A stretch of DNA of 64,000 nt, from NCBI GenBank assembly GCA_964016885.1, contig OZ024742.1, positions 222,518,001 through 222,582,000 of the forward strand, given 5' to 3'. The DNA is from Eledone cirrhosa. Lineage: Eukaryota. Of this stretch, positions 39,891 to 54,325 are shown in pieces. Each line of letters starts with the position of its first letter. Position 1 is the stretch's first letter. The position numbers and the translations under genes were made by a program. Under the pieces are notes generated by a model that saw only the letters and a program-made list of their open reading frames with translations, had not been told where the DNA came from and made no database searches.

Positions 39891-41318
39891 TGCCCCCTCG
39901 TTATCGAGCATGGCCATTGCACGATATACCATTATTAATAATTATTAATTAATTCTATCGTGCAATGCCTGTGTGTGAAGATATTTTTTAAAGTGAGGAA
40001 AGACTGTGCACTGAGCCAATCCCACTCTCTGAGCAACAGTAGCTATAACCTGAAAAGAAGAAAAGATCAACATCATCGGTAACTAGTGAGCCGCAGGTTT
40101 TATATCGGAATTATCCCAGTTTCCTAGAAGAATGCCCTGACAAAGGCTAGGGGTCCTTCACTCCCAGTGGTTTAACCGCGCGATCGGGTGTCCAGCCCGA
40201 CTATTTCTATGTCCCTGCGCATATACATACACCTACACCCATGTATTTACACATATACATATACATACATATGTACATGTATATATACATATTTACACAC
40301 TTTTGGATGGCCGTATGAGTTCTTCCGCCCTTTGTCAGGTTTTGTTTTTTGTCCTTCAAGGTGTCCAAAATCACCCTCCGCGCCATGTAAACTTGGTATA
40401 CATACATACACATACATACATACATACATACATACATACATACATACATACATACATACATACATACATACGTACATACACACAATGCATTTCCTTTCTC
40501 ACTCATGTTTCTACCTTAGGCAATTAGCTTTACTGTCACAAGGTCCTGGGTTATAACCTTTCATTTGTCCCTGCAAATAATTATTTCTCCAAAGTTATCC
40601 ATACGTTTATCACTGCATGTCATTTATACATACATGCTGAACATTTATGTATAGCCCTTTTCTCCCCCCCCCCCCTTTTTTTAATGTCTTTCCACCACTC
40701 CCCCACACACCCTCGGAACTCTCTTCCTAACCACTGTTCTCTTGATGAAGGGCTTATGTCCGAAACGTCGTCCCCCACCCCTCACTCTCAAGCGTGAAAC
40801 TAAAAACCATATCATTTATACTGCCTCTCTGTTTTTTGTTCCCTGTTCATTTATTAAACTATATATATTATATATATATTTATTAACTATATATATTATA
40901 TATATATTTATTAACTATTTATATATATTAGATATTAATTTAACAATGAAAATAATGGTTTCTTATATAGGCACAAGGCCAGCAATTATCCTAGTGTATT
41001 ACTGGTACTTTATTTTATTGACCCCGTAAGGATGAAAGGCAAAGTTAACCTGGGCGGGATTTGAACTCAGAACGTAAGGGGCCATAACTCTATACTTTGA
41101 CATGTTGACTGATCCACATTGAAAAGTGTATATATATATATATATAGTTGTTATATAGTAAGGTGTATTATTGGTTGTGTAAAACGGTCCAATAAATTTT
41201 TGTTAGCAATATTAAGTTCTCCACGCTTTTGTTTATCTCCAATTCCATTCAAGGGAACAGCTAGATGATGTAAAACGGAGTATTAGTATCCTTGCCTTCG
41301 GATTTTCATTTTTATATA

Positions 41319-41385
<67 letters not shown>

Positions 41386-41727
41386 CCTTCAAATAGATTA
41401 TTAAAATCCCATTCTTATTTTTAATCATTTCCATGTGTTAGTAATGCCAATAATTTATCAGAACTCAAGTTTTTCAATCTGTATTATTGTTCATATATCC
41501 GTTAATCCTGCTATATATAGCTTACCAATCTCTTGGATTCCAAAAATTAAATACTCTGAACGTTTTTGACATCACGGGTTCGCGCGTGTGTGTGTAACTC
41601 TAGAAACAAGATAAACGTCAGTTCATGTTAATGTTTACATGGATATATACATTTTTTTAATCATTTTATTAATGGTATTTTTGCTTTCTTTTCCGACATA
41701 TTTCTGCACACATAAATACTACACATT

Positions 41728-41908
41728 ATTGGCAGTATCGGTAGAGGGTCGGACGCCATGCTTTGACGCATAGAGTTACGACCCTTGCCATTCTGAGTTC
41801 AAATCCCCCCAAGGTTAACTTTGCCTTTCATCCTTACCGGGTCGATAAAATAAAGTACCAGTAATACACTGGATAATTGCTGGCCTTGTGCCAAAAGTAG
41901 AAACAATT
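41728..41908 (+). mobile_element. Family A SINE
   Basis: TTGGCAGTATCGGTAGAG A-box, GAGTTCAAATCC B-box, core. Confidence 0.85.
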
Positions 41909-42089
41909 ATATATACACAGACACACACACACTCACACATATATATATGTGTGTGTGTGTGTGTGTATATATATAGTGAAAACTTGGACGGGAGCAAAAA
42001 CAGAGAGGCAGTACAAATAAAAGTTTATTCGGTTCACGCTACATATATATATATATATATATATATAATCGACCTCAGTTCGTGACTGG

Positions 42090-42131
<42 letters not shown>

Positions 42132-42222
42132 AGTCACGAACTGAGGTCGATTTAATCGACTTACCCCTCCCCCAAAATTGCTGGCCTTGTGCCTATATAA
42201 GAAATCATTATTTATATATATA

Positions 42223-42403
42223 TAACTGTTTCTACTTTAGGCACAAGGCCAGCAATTACCCAGTGCATTACTGGTACTTTATTTTATCGACCCCGTAAGG
42301 ATGAAAGGCAAAGTCAACCTCGGCGGGATTTGAACTCAGATCGTAAAGGGACGTAACTATGCTGGAAAGCATGGCGTCCGACCCTCTACCGATACTGCCA
42401 ATC
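42223..42403 (-). mobile_element. Family A SINE
   Basis: Nearly identical (reverse complement) to 44269-44448. Confidence 0.85.
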
Positions 42404-42449
42404 CAACCTATGCTAGTGTGTAAAAATGAGTGTTAAATGGTGATGATAA

Positions 42450-42485
<36 letters not shown>

Positions 42486-44084
42486 GATATATAGATAGAT
42501 AGATAGATAGATATAGATATATTCACACATACATACACATCGACATTCTCCGTTTTCCAATATATTATATATTTCTAGGCCAACAACAATTAGGCTTCTT
42601 TCTAAATGGAACAACACCAACAACACCAACATTAGCAGTAGCAATCACCACAAGCCACAACAGCAGCAGCAACAGCATCTCCAACAATTATGCCTAGTTC
42701 TAAATTAGAGCAACACCATCATCAGCACCACCACCAACACCACCAAACATCATCATAAACAATGCCAATAGCAACAACACTATCAGCACCATCACCATCA
42801 CTACTATTGCAATACCAACAGTAGGAGCAACACCATCATCACCATCACCATTTAACACAACCACTACCAACACATCACCACAGCTCCATCCAGCCAGTTA
42901 CATGTACTTCTAACACCACCACCACCACCATAACTCTAACACTACTACTACCACACCTCCAACACCACACATCAACCACCAGCACCACACCACCACCAAC
43001 ACCACCATAACTCTAACACTACTACTACCACACCTCCAACACCACCATAACTCTAACACTACTACTACCACACCTCCAACACCACACATCAATCACCAGC
43101 ACCACATCACCACCAACACTACTACCACACCTCCAACACCACACATCAGCCACCAGCACCACACATCAACCACCAGCACCACATCACCACCAACACCACC
43201 ATAATTCCAACACTACTACTACCACATCATCACCAACACCACACATCACCACTAATACCACCTCACCACCTCACCACCAATACCACATCATTACCAACAC
43301 CGCATCGCCACCAACATCGCATCGCCACCAGCACCGCATCGCCATCAACACCGCATCGCCATCAACACCACATCACCACCAGCACCGCAGAATCACCAGC
43401 ACCATATCACCTTAATTCCAACAGTACCACACCACCACCACTAACAGCTCATCACTATTCAGCCAGTTACATGTACTTCTAACACTGCCACCAACACACC
43501 ACCATAATACCAACAATAACATCACACCACATCACCAACACCATTTAACCAGTTACATATGTACTTCTGTCTGTTCTAGTCTAAATTTCAGGTCACCGAA
43601 CACGTTTCCTTATACTCGATCTGCTTTTCTTCTTGTTGAAGTTGTAGTTGTTATTGCTGGTGATGGTAACGTGGTGATTTATCTAGCGATGATGATGATG
43701 ATGATGTTGTTGTTGTTGTTGTTGTTGTTGTTACTGTTGTTGTTGTTGGTGGTGGTGGTGGTGGTAGTTGTCTGGCGGATTAAATGGAGTATCTGACTCA
43801 ATTGTAGACAGGTGACCCACAATATTATACGACCCCCCCCCCCTCATAACATGTTCAGCTAAGGTCCCATGTAAGCTTAATCTGCCCCTATTTATTGTTG
43901 TTGCTGTTATAGTGTTACTATTGCTGTTGTTCCACACAGCTGGAGAGAAATGAGTTTTACCTGTAATTCAGTGGACCTCCCTCGTCGAAACCGAGGGAGG
44001 TCCAACATTGCAGAAACGCCGTCTGTTATGCCCCATACCCCACTTGTCCACTTTTTTTTCTTTTTTTCTGTCATTATCGGTGAA

Positions 44085-44450
44085 TTGGCAGTATCGGTAG
44101 AGGGTCAGACATGCTTTCTAGCATAGTTACGTCCCTTTACGATCTGAGTTCAAATCCCGCCGAGGTTAACTTTGCCTTTCATCCTTACGAGGTCGATAAA
44201 ATAAAGTACCAGTAATATACTGGGTAATTGCTGGCCTTGTGCCAAAAAGTAGAAACAATTATGATATTAGGCAGTATCGGTAGAGAGTCGGACGCCATGC
44301 TTTCCAGCATAGTTACGTCCCTTTACGATCTGAGTTCAAATCCCGCCGAGGTTGACTTTGCCTTTCATCCTTACGGGGTCGATAAAATAAAGTACCAGTA
44401 ATGCACTGGGTAATTTGCTGGCCTTGTGCCTAAAGTAGAAACAATTATGA
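44085..44450 (+). mobile_element. Head-to-tail tandem of two family A SINEs
   Basis: Copies at 44085-44262 and 44269-44448, both ending GAAACAATTATGATATTA. Confidence 0.85.
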
Positions 44451-44547
44451 TATTATACAATTATGATATTATAAATGTATTTTTAAAAATTAAATCTAGT
44501 TTCTAAATGTTAAAGGAAACACACATGCTTAGTGTATTTAAAGTGTA

Positions 44548-44780
44548 TTGGAAACCCTCTTCCCATTCGAAGGAGGTAGATTCCTCATCTGGGACGTCAC
44601 ATGTGACACGTTCTCCGCTTCCAACTTAGTTGCTTCAGCCACAAACCCCGGTATTGCAGCCCACTATGCAGAGGAAAGGAAGACAAACAAATATCGGGAA
44701 TTGTCCGGCCGCTTCCTCGTTGCACTGGTCGCCGTCGTGACCCCAGATGTACTCGGACCCCGTACTGCCGAACTCCGCAG
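44548..44780 (+). mobile_element. CRE-like non-LTR retrotransposon RLE-domain fragment
   Basis: WDVTCDTFSASNL...AAHYAEERKTNKYRELSGRF...AV...VLGPRT. Confidence 0.7.
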
Positions 44781-46219
44781 AAGTCCTTGCTTCTCCCCGT
44801 CTTTTTCTCTCATTTATGGCTTTCATAGTCCTTCCCTCTCTCTATTTTCCCATACAGCCAGATCTGCCCTTCCTCATTTTTTCAATACTTAATTTTGCTT
44901 TTATCTTTCTTTCTCATATTTATTTATCTTTTGAAAATAAAAGTTGTATTAACGTAATTTGACACTGGTATAAATTTTTAATACCGAACAGATATAATAA
45001 TGTTTTGGTTTTGTTCTTTTTTTTTTAGGATTATAATAATAGGAAAGTGAAACTGACTTAGGTTGTAAGGCTTACTAAGGGAGAGAACTCTATCGTTTTC
45101 TTTGGTTTATTAAATTAATAATGTATATATAAATAATCTAATTAGCCCTTCCTTATATTTCTAATGAGACATTGCATACCATTTTCAAATAATTTTGAAA
45201 ATAATCAAGATTTTGGAGATATCTAGGAAAAACTGACGTACAATGGTGGCGATGATGATATTAATTTTCTTATTATTAAATTGTTTGGAACACAGCTTAA
45301 CAAATGTTCTTACAAAAAATGATTATCGAAACCTTTTAGATAAATATGAACACTTTAACCTTTTCACTACCATATTTCAAACGAAAGACACTGGTTATCA
45401 TTTCCAAATCATTTTTTTAAATAATCAAGAATTTTGAAGGATTTACTATAACTTTCTCATTATCAAGCTGGAGTGTAGAACAATTTAACAAAGGTTCTTA
45501 CATAAAATCACGATGAAAGGTTTTTAGATAAATATAAACGCCTTGAAATAAACAGAACTTAAACATCATTCATCTGTTTTTAAAAATGTCTTTAGTTATT
45601 ATAGATGCACGTATAGTTGTGCGGTTAAGGAGTTTACTTTGCAACTATGTGGTTTCAGGTTAAGCCCCACATCGTGGAATTTTAGCCAAATATATTCTAC
45701 TCTAGACTCGGTTTCAATAATGCCTTGTGGGTTGAATTTGCTGGACGGAAACTGCAGAAGCCTGTCTGATTTGTGTGTCAGTGACTGTGTTTAGGTCCTG
45801 TATCTAGCAGTTCGACAAAAAGAGATCGATAAAATAAGTACTACGCGTAAAAAAGTACTGGAGCTGATATGATCAACTAAAAATCCTCCAGCATGACTGC
45901 AGTCTAATAACTGAAACTAGTAAAAGAATAAAAGAAAAAATATTAAATTCAGTATTAATGTACAGGTCATGGGCATGCTGCGGGCTCAGAACTGCTGTCA
46001 AGACAATTGACATGACTTGAACATTTAAACCTGATGGAGCCCATGCTTCTCCAGATCAGAACACAGACATTTTCTTTAGAGAAATACAGAATGAAAAATG
46101 GTAAGAGAAGTGAAACAGGAAGAATTGACCCCATTACTGGACTGGTGCTTTATTTATAAAACGCGAAAGGGTGAAAAGCCATGTTGACGTCAGCAGTTTT
46201 TTCTTTTCTTTTTTTTTTT

Positions 46220-46448
46220 TAAACCCTTCAACATTTACTTGACTCTGTATTTACTATTATATTTTTGCAGTAAAGGCTATACCTCACATAATTATCTCAC
46301 ATAATATCGAATCAATTAGATTTTGATATTATTTATTTTGAAAACAATACCTTAACGTTGGTATGAGTGGTCAGTTACGGTCGGTTTGAACAGAAAGAGG
46401 TGAGAGAATTCTGGCCTGACACAACTGGTTTAAATGCTAAAGGTTTAA
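46220..46448 (-). mobile_element. Family P MITE
   Basis: Conserved body; ends AAATGCTAAAGGTTTAA. Confidence 0.7.
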
Positions 46449-47214
46449 ACATTGCTTCTCGCAGTCAATCAGTCGTGATTTTTCTTTTGGAGGTTCCTCT
46501 TTCTTTTTTTTTTTTTTTTTTTTTTTTAAAGTGTTGACTTCCTTTTCAATAGCAAGATCTTTTTGTATATGTTGCAATATTTGAACTCAGAGTGCAGTGG
46601 AGCAAATTCGTTACCTTGTAATGATTTAGCAGAAAAGTTCCTGTAATGATTTATAAGTCTATAAAGAGAATTTGTTAATTCAAAAGTTTATAGTTTCTTT
46701 GGTAGCAGACAGATCATTGTGAAAATTTGCAGTATTGCTTAATTTTTATTGTGATGCAGCCATAGTGCTGTATTGTACTTTTCAAGATTATCTTGCTAAT
46801 GCAGTTTCATTGAGCGTTAATAGAGACTTAATTAAAGACCATCTAGTATAGACGTCTATTAAGAAATAATGACAACAGTCCATTTGGCTTTTATTCAAAG
46901 TAAAATGCCTCCTTTTAATACCAAACTGTCTGAAACCACCCCTGGTTCTATGATACAAAGCTGTTTGTTTTAAAATGTCTATATTTTCCTGAAAATCTTC
47001 CATCATTGTTTATGAAAGAACCTTTATTAAGTTATGTTCCAAGTGCCAACTTAATAATGAAAAAGTTAGTTATTTTACTACATCACTCCAAATTCTTGAT
47101 TATTTTAAAAATTATTTTAAAATCATTAACAGTGTATGAGTCATGATATATACACAGACACACACACCAACACAACCACTTTACAGAGAACTGGGTGATT
47201 TTTGTTGTGTCACC

Positions 47215-47642
47215 TTTTGACTAAATATGTGGCACCACAACTAGATGACCTTCAACCAACCATCATTTTCCAGCAAGGACTGCATGTTCGTGGGTTCCTA
47301 AATCAAACATTTCCAGACAGGTGGATTGGAAGGGATGGCCCAATTCCCCGACCACCACGTTCACCAGATATCACTCCCCTGGACTTCTTTCTATGAGGTT
47401 ATGTTAAAGATATCATGTATCGAACAAAGATACGAGAGATCACTGATGCTATTGGCAAGAAATCAAGTACTGTTTTGATGTGCTTTGTGTAACTAATGAT
47501 GCCCATATAGAGGTGTATTAAATTAGTTTGAAAAAATTTCAATATCTACTCCTCATTTTGTAACAATTTCCAAATATTAGTCTGTTCATTTGCTTTTGTA
47601 ATAAATTTTTTAAATTGTAAAGGGACTTTATGGACACCCTAT
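47215..47642 (+). mobile_element. Tc1/mariner transposase 3' fragment with right TIR
   Basis: IIFQQ...FLNQTFPDRWIGRDGPIPRPPRSPDITPLDFFL*GYVKD; ends GGACTTTATGGACACCCTATA. Confidence 0.8.
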
Positions 47643-48106
47643 ATATTTATATTTACTCTTAGTTTATTTTTTCTTAATGTATTTTTCGTAATTCATTTTC
47701 TTCACATTTAACATGACATTCAACCCAACTGTCATTACTTTTTATAACCCTATTGACCTCCATAGAATATATCTCTTTCAATCAGATTTTTTTCACCATC
47801 ACACTTTGCTGGTCTTAGTCAGGATATAGTCACATAGGATTTAGTACCCCTAAACTTCATGGCAGTTGATCGTTTGGTTCTTATTAACTGCATAGCAGTA
47901 TCTTTGAAAAGTAGAATTTCTGTCATCACCACACAAACTCCACCCCTTTGGTTGCGCCTACCAAACCCACAATGCTGAGTTTGTTATTCAGAGATGGTCT
48001 GCTGCAACAATAACACCGATTTTACAGGCCATGTCAAAATCAAATATTTTGTCTGTTCTCTGTGTTTGCCTTAATTCCCTTTATTGATTAACTAATTATA
48101 CAATCT

Positions 48107-48164
48107 GCACCTGATGATGTCGCCAGGATCTCATGTAATCAGGCCATTGAAATATATATAGTGT
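48107..48164 (+). ncRNA. Candidate degenerate type I hammerhead
   Basis: GCAC-CTGATGA-[imperfect stem II]-GAAAT-ATAT-ATA-GTGT. Confidence 0.4.
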
Positions 48165-48627
48165 TTTTTTTTTTGCAACAATAAAACTTTAAAGAGACAT
48201 CACCTGTCCGGCCTCCTGTTATTTTAATCAAATTAATATTTAACTCCATTCCTACACCAACCACAGGATTCAACATCAACACTGGATGAGTTGCATAACG
48301 TAGAGTGCTTTTCCTACAAGTACATCATGGCTAAGTAAACAGAATGACCAGTTCTATCCATTGGTGAACCACAAAACATAAATGTATATATATATATATA
48401 TGTATATATTACTGTTTTCAGTCGTTAGACTGCAGCCATACAGGGGCAACACCTTGAAAAAATTTAGTCTCTCATATCTACCCCAATACCTATTTTTTCC
48501 AAGTCTGAGACTTACTTTATCAATGTCAATTATGGTACATAAGTAAACGTAATCGCAGACACAACATATAAACATATATATACATATAAATTACACAATA
48601 ATCAAAGCTATGTTCAAATCATTTTAT

Positions 48628-48674
48628 TGCTGACAATCGTTTCTTCCAAACTATCGTTTGGAATCATCGGAGCA
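48628..48674 (-). ncRNA. Minimal type I hammerhead, paralog of 25228-25274, U4C core change
   Basis: Minus strand: TGCT-CCGATGA-TTCCAAAC-GATA-GTTTGGAA-GAAAC-GATT-GTC-AGCA. Confidence 0.7.
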
Positions 48675-49439
48675 GTAGCAATGTTTGACCATATAATTGA
48701 CCTTTCCTGTTTATAGTTGTATATAGTGTATACATAACTATAAATAATATTATTATATATACATATATATATTCAATGGGCTTCTTCACAGGTTCCATCT
48801 AGCAAATTTCACTCACAAAGCATTAGTCAATCTTAGAATATAGCAGAAGACACTTGACCAAGTTGTCATGCAGTGGGACAGAACTGAAAACCACATGATT
48901 GCAAAGGAAACTCCTTAACACACCTGTGTTTTGTTAAAAACTGATATCACTAACTCTCTTTTAATGTCAAAAATTAATATTTCATTGTAATATATTAATA
49001 TTACTAACCTACTTTTAATGGTTGGATATGTCTTCTCCATCACATCTTCCCTCCATTTGTGTTTGTTTTTCATCTTCCACTGGGATCTCGACACTTCTTC
49101 ACAATTTCTCTTGTATACTATATCTGATTCCTCTTAAGCCATCACATGTTCATACCAGCACAGCCTTCTTTCTAGCGCATTATTATTCCTCTCATACCAA
49201 GTTATTCCTTCAAGTTATCTGTGTCAGAAATCAATTATTCTACTTTTAAAAATTAATAATACTAACCTCCTTTTAATCTCAGAAATCAATATTATTTCAC
49301 TCATGTGCAATAAACAGAAAACACATTATAGTGATTTTTGTTTTATATTAACAGTGATTATGTTGGTAGAGATATTAATTACTTAGCTATTAATATCTCT
49401 AGCAATATAATAGTCTTTAATATCTCTAGTATTGTGATA

Positions 49440-49650
49440 TTAACCCTTTACCATTTGCATTACTCTACTATTATATTTTCACGGTAAAGGCTTTATCTCA
49501 CATAATATGGAATCTACAAGATTTTGATGATGTTATTATTTATTTTGAGAACAATACCTTAATGTCAGTATGAGTGGCCAGTTATGGCCGGTTTCAACAG
49601 AAAGAGGTGAAAGAATTCTGGTCGGATATGGCCGGTTTAAATGCTAAAGG
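49440..49650 (-). mobile_element. Family P MITE
   Basis: TTAACCCTTTACCATTT ... AAATGCTAAAGG. Confidence 0.7.
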
Positions 49651-51463
49651 ATTGTCATTAACTCTTAACATCCTCTACCACATGAAATCAAACTGCATCA
49701 CATTAAAAATTACTTGAATACTACAAATTTTCACAACAATCTGTCCACCAGTAAAGATACTATAAATTAATAAGTATATTTTAAATTATTTTTAACTAAA
49801 TCAGTATGTTAATAGTTAATATCTCTATTAATATAACATACTGTTTAATGTCTTCAGTAATATAACATTCAGTTATTAATGTAGCTTTAGTACAAACACA
49901 TTTCAAAAGGATGAAGAAATTGAACTCATGATACCAAGGTCATGGGTTTGATACCCTGGATCAGATGGCACAACCTAGTTTTGAATAAATTACTTTATTT
50001 CACAGCATTTGGCAGATAGTATCAGTAACAGAAAGATGAATGGAAACATTGTTTCCTTGGTTGATTTGACAATCAGCTTCTTTCTTTTTTTATTTTGTAG
50101 AACTTAATAAATGTCCTTGCATAAAATTATGTTGGAAGGATTTTAGATGAATATAAACACTTTATAACACGCAGTTTTGTATTATAGAAACATGGGGTGG
50201 TTTGATGCTGCTTGCTATAAAAAGGTGCAATTTTAGGAAAAAGTTTAATTTTAACCAATAAAACTAATGTTTTTTTTTTCTTCTTTTTTAAGAAATATGG
50301 TAAAGGAGGGGTTAAAAGGTTTTTGTGGGGATTTTTTTTTTTTTTGTGGAAATATGGTAAAGGAGGGGTTAAAAAGTTTTCAAGATATATCAATGAATTC
50401 CTATTTTTTTGTTTAATTTATTATTTTTAATTTTTAATTTTTTGTTTAATTTATTATTAATTTATTATTAAAGTGGCAAATTAGCAGAGTCATTAGGGCA
50501 TTGGTTAAAATGCTTCAGTATTTATTCGGGTTCACTGCACTCTGAGTTCAAATCCTATCATGGTCAATTTTGCTTTTCATCCTTTTGAGGTTGATAAATA
50601 AAGTACCAGTGCAGGGATTGGTGGATTGGTAGAATTCTTAAAAAGTCAGACAGGATGTTTTGCTGTATCTGATCTAGCTCTGTGTGTTCTGAGTTCAAAT
50701 ACCACCTCCTTCTACCAGAGAAGTTGTGACTGACAGTATCAGCAATGAAAAAAAACTGATGGAAACATTGTTTTTTTACCATTTCTGATGATTGGCTCCT
50801 TTTGTTGTCCTGGTTTTTGTATTATTATTTTATATTTTCCTTAAATCCTTAATATGGCAGTAAATTGGCAAAGTCATTAAGATTGTCAGATTAAAAATGA
50901 TTTGATATTACTTACAGATCAATGAGCTCATTAGTTCAAATCTCACTTTGCTTCTCATTCTTTTAAGGTTAATAAATAAAGTACCAGTCCCATACTAGGG
51001 TTGATTCCTTCTTTCTCTCTTTCTTATTTCTGGAAGAAATCGGCTGCATTCCGACATAGAGAGGGGGTCAGTTTTGCCAGGTTTAAAATGCCCAAAGCAC
51101 ACCATATATTAAAACAGTGCTCCTACAATTACATTAGGGGTAAAGGACCCTTTATTGTTTTCCTTAACTTTTAACATCCTGTAATGATTTAGCAGGAAAT
51201 ATCACAAAACAAGTTTGTTAATACAAATATTTACATTATCTTTATTAGCAGACAGATCTATGTGAAAATTTACAGTAAACTGAAGTAAAGACTTTAATAT
51301 TTAATATGATGCAGTCATAGTGTTGTTTTGTACTTTTCAAGAATGTTTTACTAATGTGATTTCATGTAGTACAGGACATTAAGGGTTAAATCAGTAGTTT
51401 TGTATCAAGTGATGATGTTTATTATAAATTTCTCTTCTTTCTTTTTTTCTTCATTCTGCAGGA

Positions 51464-52367
51464 ATGAGCTGCACCAGTGAGGTTGGTATCTCACCAGTCT
51501 TGTTGCAGGTTATTTCACACACTCTCACATCTACAGAGGCCAATTCAGAAAATTGTCTGAACAATAATTCACTTGAGAAACACAGAGACACCAATGGATT
51601 CAGATTACACGAGTACAAGTCAAAGGATGTTAATCCCAATATCCTACATATCAATACCAACCAGAATTCTGAGAGGAAAATACTCCCTATTCTACATGGG
51701 CTACACCAACCCACAGAATCTCTCATCAATCAAGTTCAAACAGACTCCAATGGTCTTACAGAAAATGTTACAACTGAGACGACACCAGATCTAAAAGCTA
51801 TGCTCAAATTAAAACTTGACCAGGGATCACACGTTAAACCAAATTCAAATCCAGTGATCTTCTCACGGGGTGACCCAAACGTTGTAAATGTATTTACAGC
51901 AATAAACAACAGTGAGAATAAATCAAAGAACCTTGTATTTGAATTAAACCAAACAATTAAACTCGACGGAGTGAAGTGTGCTGGACAAGAAGATGTTATA
52001 GTGTGTTTTAATCGAGACAGTTCATCGGTACCATCACCTGATAATGATGTTATTGTCTCAGACTCTGATAGCGGCATTGTGGATGCCTCAAAGAAAAGAC
52101 ATTTAACTATTAATACAAGCGATCAGGAATCACAGTCATCTCCTTTGAAATACACACGTCTCGAGGAAGATGAAAGTGTCCGAGGAGATGAGGAAAATAG
52201 TAACAGTACATCTCAGCCTGCCAATACAAACATTGAAACAGTCTATATTCATTCAGAGGAAATTATGTCTTTAAAGATTCCAGTTTCTTCAGTGACCAAT
52301 AACAATTCTCCATCTAAAGATCCCATAGGTAAAGAAAACTGTCCAATTTGTAATGACAAAGTATCTG
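51464..52367 (+). CDS. Hr39: NR5B/HR39-like nuclear receptor, coding exon A (A/B domain and start of zinc finger 1)
   Basis: Acceptor TTCTGCAG at 51461, ATG at 51464, open ~300 aa ending ENCPICNDKVS-G, donor G|GTAAGT (phase 1). Confidence 0.88.
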
Positions 52368-53119
52368 GTAAGTTGTCCTTTCACGTCTGTTTTCACTTGT
52401 GATTATTGTTGTTGCAGCTCACACCTATGTAAGTTTAGTCTGCCTCCTATGAGACAGCATCATAGAAGGTTTCAACAATCATATCTTATATATATATATA
52501 TATATATATTTAACATGCTGTTAAGTGGTTCATGTTAGGAAGGGCACCCAGCCATAGAAACCTAACCAAAACAAAGTGTACTAACATACCTAGTCACCTG
52601 ACCGGTCAGGCGTCAGTTCGTTACAGCTGCCTAACTCATACAAGCACAAAAAATAGAAGTTAAACAGTGATGGTTATGATATTTATATATATATATATGT
52701 GGGCTTTTGTAGTTCCTATTAATTTTCACTCACAAAGCATTGGTCAATCTAGTAGAAGACATTCGCTCAGCAGGACTAAACCTGGAACTATACAGTTGTG
52801 AAACAAACTCTTTAACCACACAGCCACACATGTGTGTGTTTATATCTCATAAGCAGTGCCTAATCACTGAAACAAGTAAAAAAAAAACAGAATTATGAAG
52901 AATCTTAAATTGTTACTCTCTGCCAAATACCTTCTGAGATTTATTTGCAGCTATACTTCCGATCCCTTGGAGTTTTGCCAATGTAGTCATAAACTTGAAA
53001 AAGAAAAACCCTATATTTCATTAATGGCCCTTACTTAGAAATATAAAATAATCTATAATTTAATCCGTTGGCAACAAGCAATTTTTTTTTTTATTTAAAT
53101 TGTGGACATGGTATTACTT

Positions 53120-54325
53120 AACCTGTCACAAGGCAATCTCCAACATGCACTTGATAGGTTTGCTATCTAGTGTTACATGGTAGGAATGAAAATCAATGGT
53201 GTGAAGACTGAAACACTTATCTTCTCAAGGAAGCCTGCACAGTGTACTCTACATGTGAGTGGAGTTCCTCTGAAGCCGGTGAAGTTCAAGTATCTTGGGG
53301 CTGTGTTCACAAGTGATGAGCATGAGGCTGAATTACCATATCTACTCAAATATAAGTCGACCCCCACCCCTATTTTATGGCCAAAAACCGAAACATATAT
53401 ATAAACTGAGGCCTCTAATCAACACGTAATGTTTAGTGTGTGCAGTTTTGAAATTCTCATGAGTTTAAAATGAAATTATATTTTAAATGTTTTAAGAGCC
53501 ATTTAGAGTATACTCCATTATACAATGATTTTTTACCAATTTCCAACTGTTTTGAAAGCCATATTCATTCAAAACACATCAAAGCTTAATTTCACATCAA
53601 AAGTGAAGCTGTTGTAATATTCATCTCCAAAGCAAAAAATATTTTAGCATCTCATTTTGAAGTTGGCAAAAGTCAGCAAAATATTGGCCTCAAATATAAG
53701 CCAACCCCCATTTTACCATGGTTTTTTTTGGGGGGGGGGGGGGGGGGGGGGTTGTTTTTGTTTTTGTTTTTTGTTTTTGTTTTGTTTTTTTGTTACATAT
53801 TTCTCATCTTATATATAAGTATATATGGTAAGTACAAGAATTGCAGGAGCTGATGCAGTAATGTGACAGCTTCAACCTTTGGTCATTAGAAGAAGCGAGG
53901 TTGGTGTAAAAGCTAAACTTGCTGTCTTCAATTCAGTATTTGTGCCAACCCTTACTTGTGGTCATAAATTTAAGGTAATGACCAAAAGAATACAATTGCA
54001 AATACAATTGGCCAAAATAGGGTTCCTCCGAAGAGTTGTTGGAGTAACATTACTCGATAGAGTGCGTAGCTCGGAGATCAGAGTTGTTCCAGGTAAAGCA
54101 GCTACTTCTCTGAATTGAGAGATCACAATTCTGATACTACTGATATGTGGTTAGAATGTCTAAGGAAAGAATTGCTGGAGCAAGATGGTTGGATAACATC
54201 CATGGGCTCAGCTGATCTCACTTGGGGATCCAGCCAGATCAGTTGGAGACAGTGGTTTTTACAGGACCCACTTAAAGGCGTGCTTGACCCTCCCAGGAAT
54301 ATGAGAGCGAAGAAGAAGAGAATAA
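53120..54325 (+). mobile_element. Decayed RTE-clade LINE fragment split by a DNA-transposon insertion
   Basis: GMKINGVKTE...FKYLGAVFTSD..EAE|LSTRIAGA...KAKLAVFNSVFVPTLT.G...FLRRVVGVTLLDRVRSSEIR. Confidence 0.75.
53334..53830. mobile_element. pogo/Tc2-like non-autonomous DNA element
   Basis: TA-CCATATCTACTCAAATATAAG ... CTTATATATAAGTATATATGG-TA; removing it restores the RTE frame (EAE-L-STRI). Confidence 0.65.

Noticed and set aside
41728-41810. SINE heads as true tRNA genes
   Set aside because: A/B boxes are present but run directly into SINE core sequence without a complete cloverleaf
49934-49942. CCAAGGTCA, a consensus NR5 response element 1.5 kb upstream of the first coding exon (autoregulation?)
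   Set aside because: Single 9-mer inside a decayed SINE head; expected by chance at this window size
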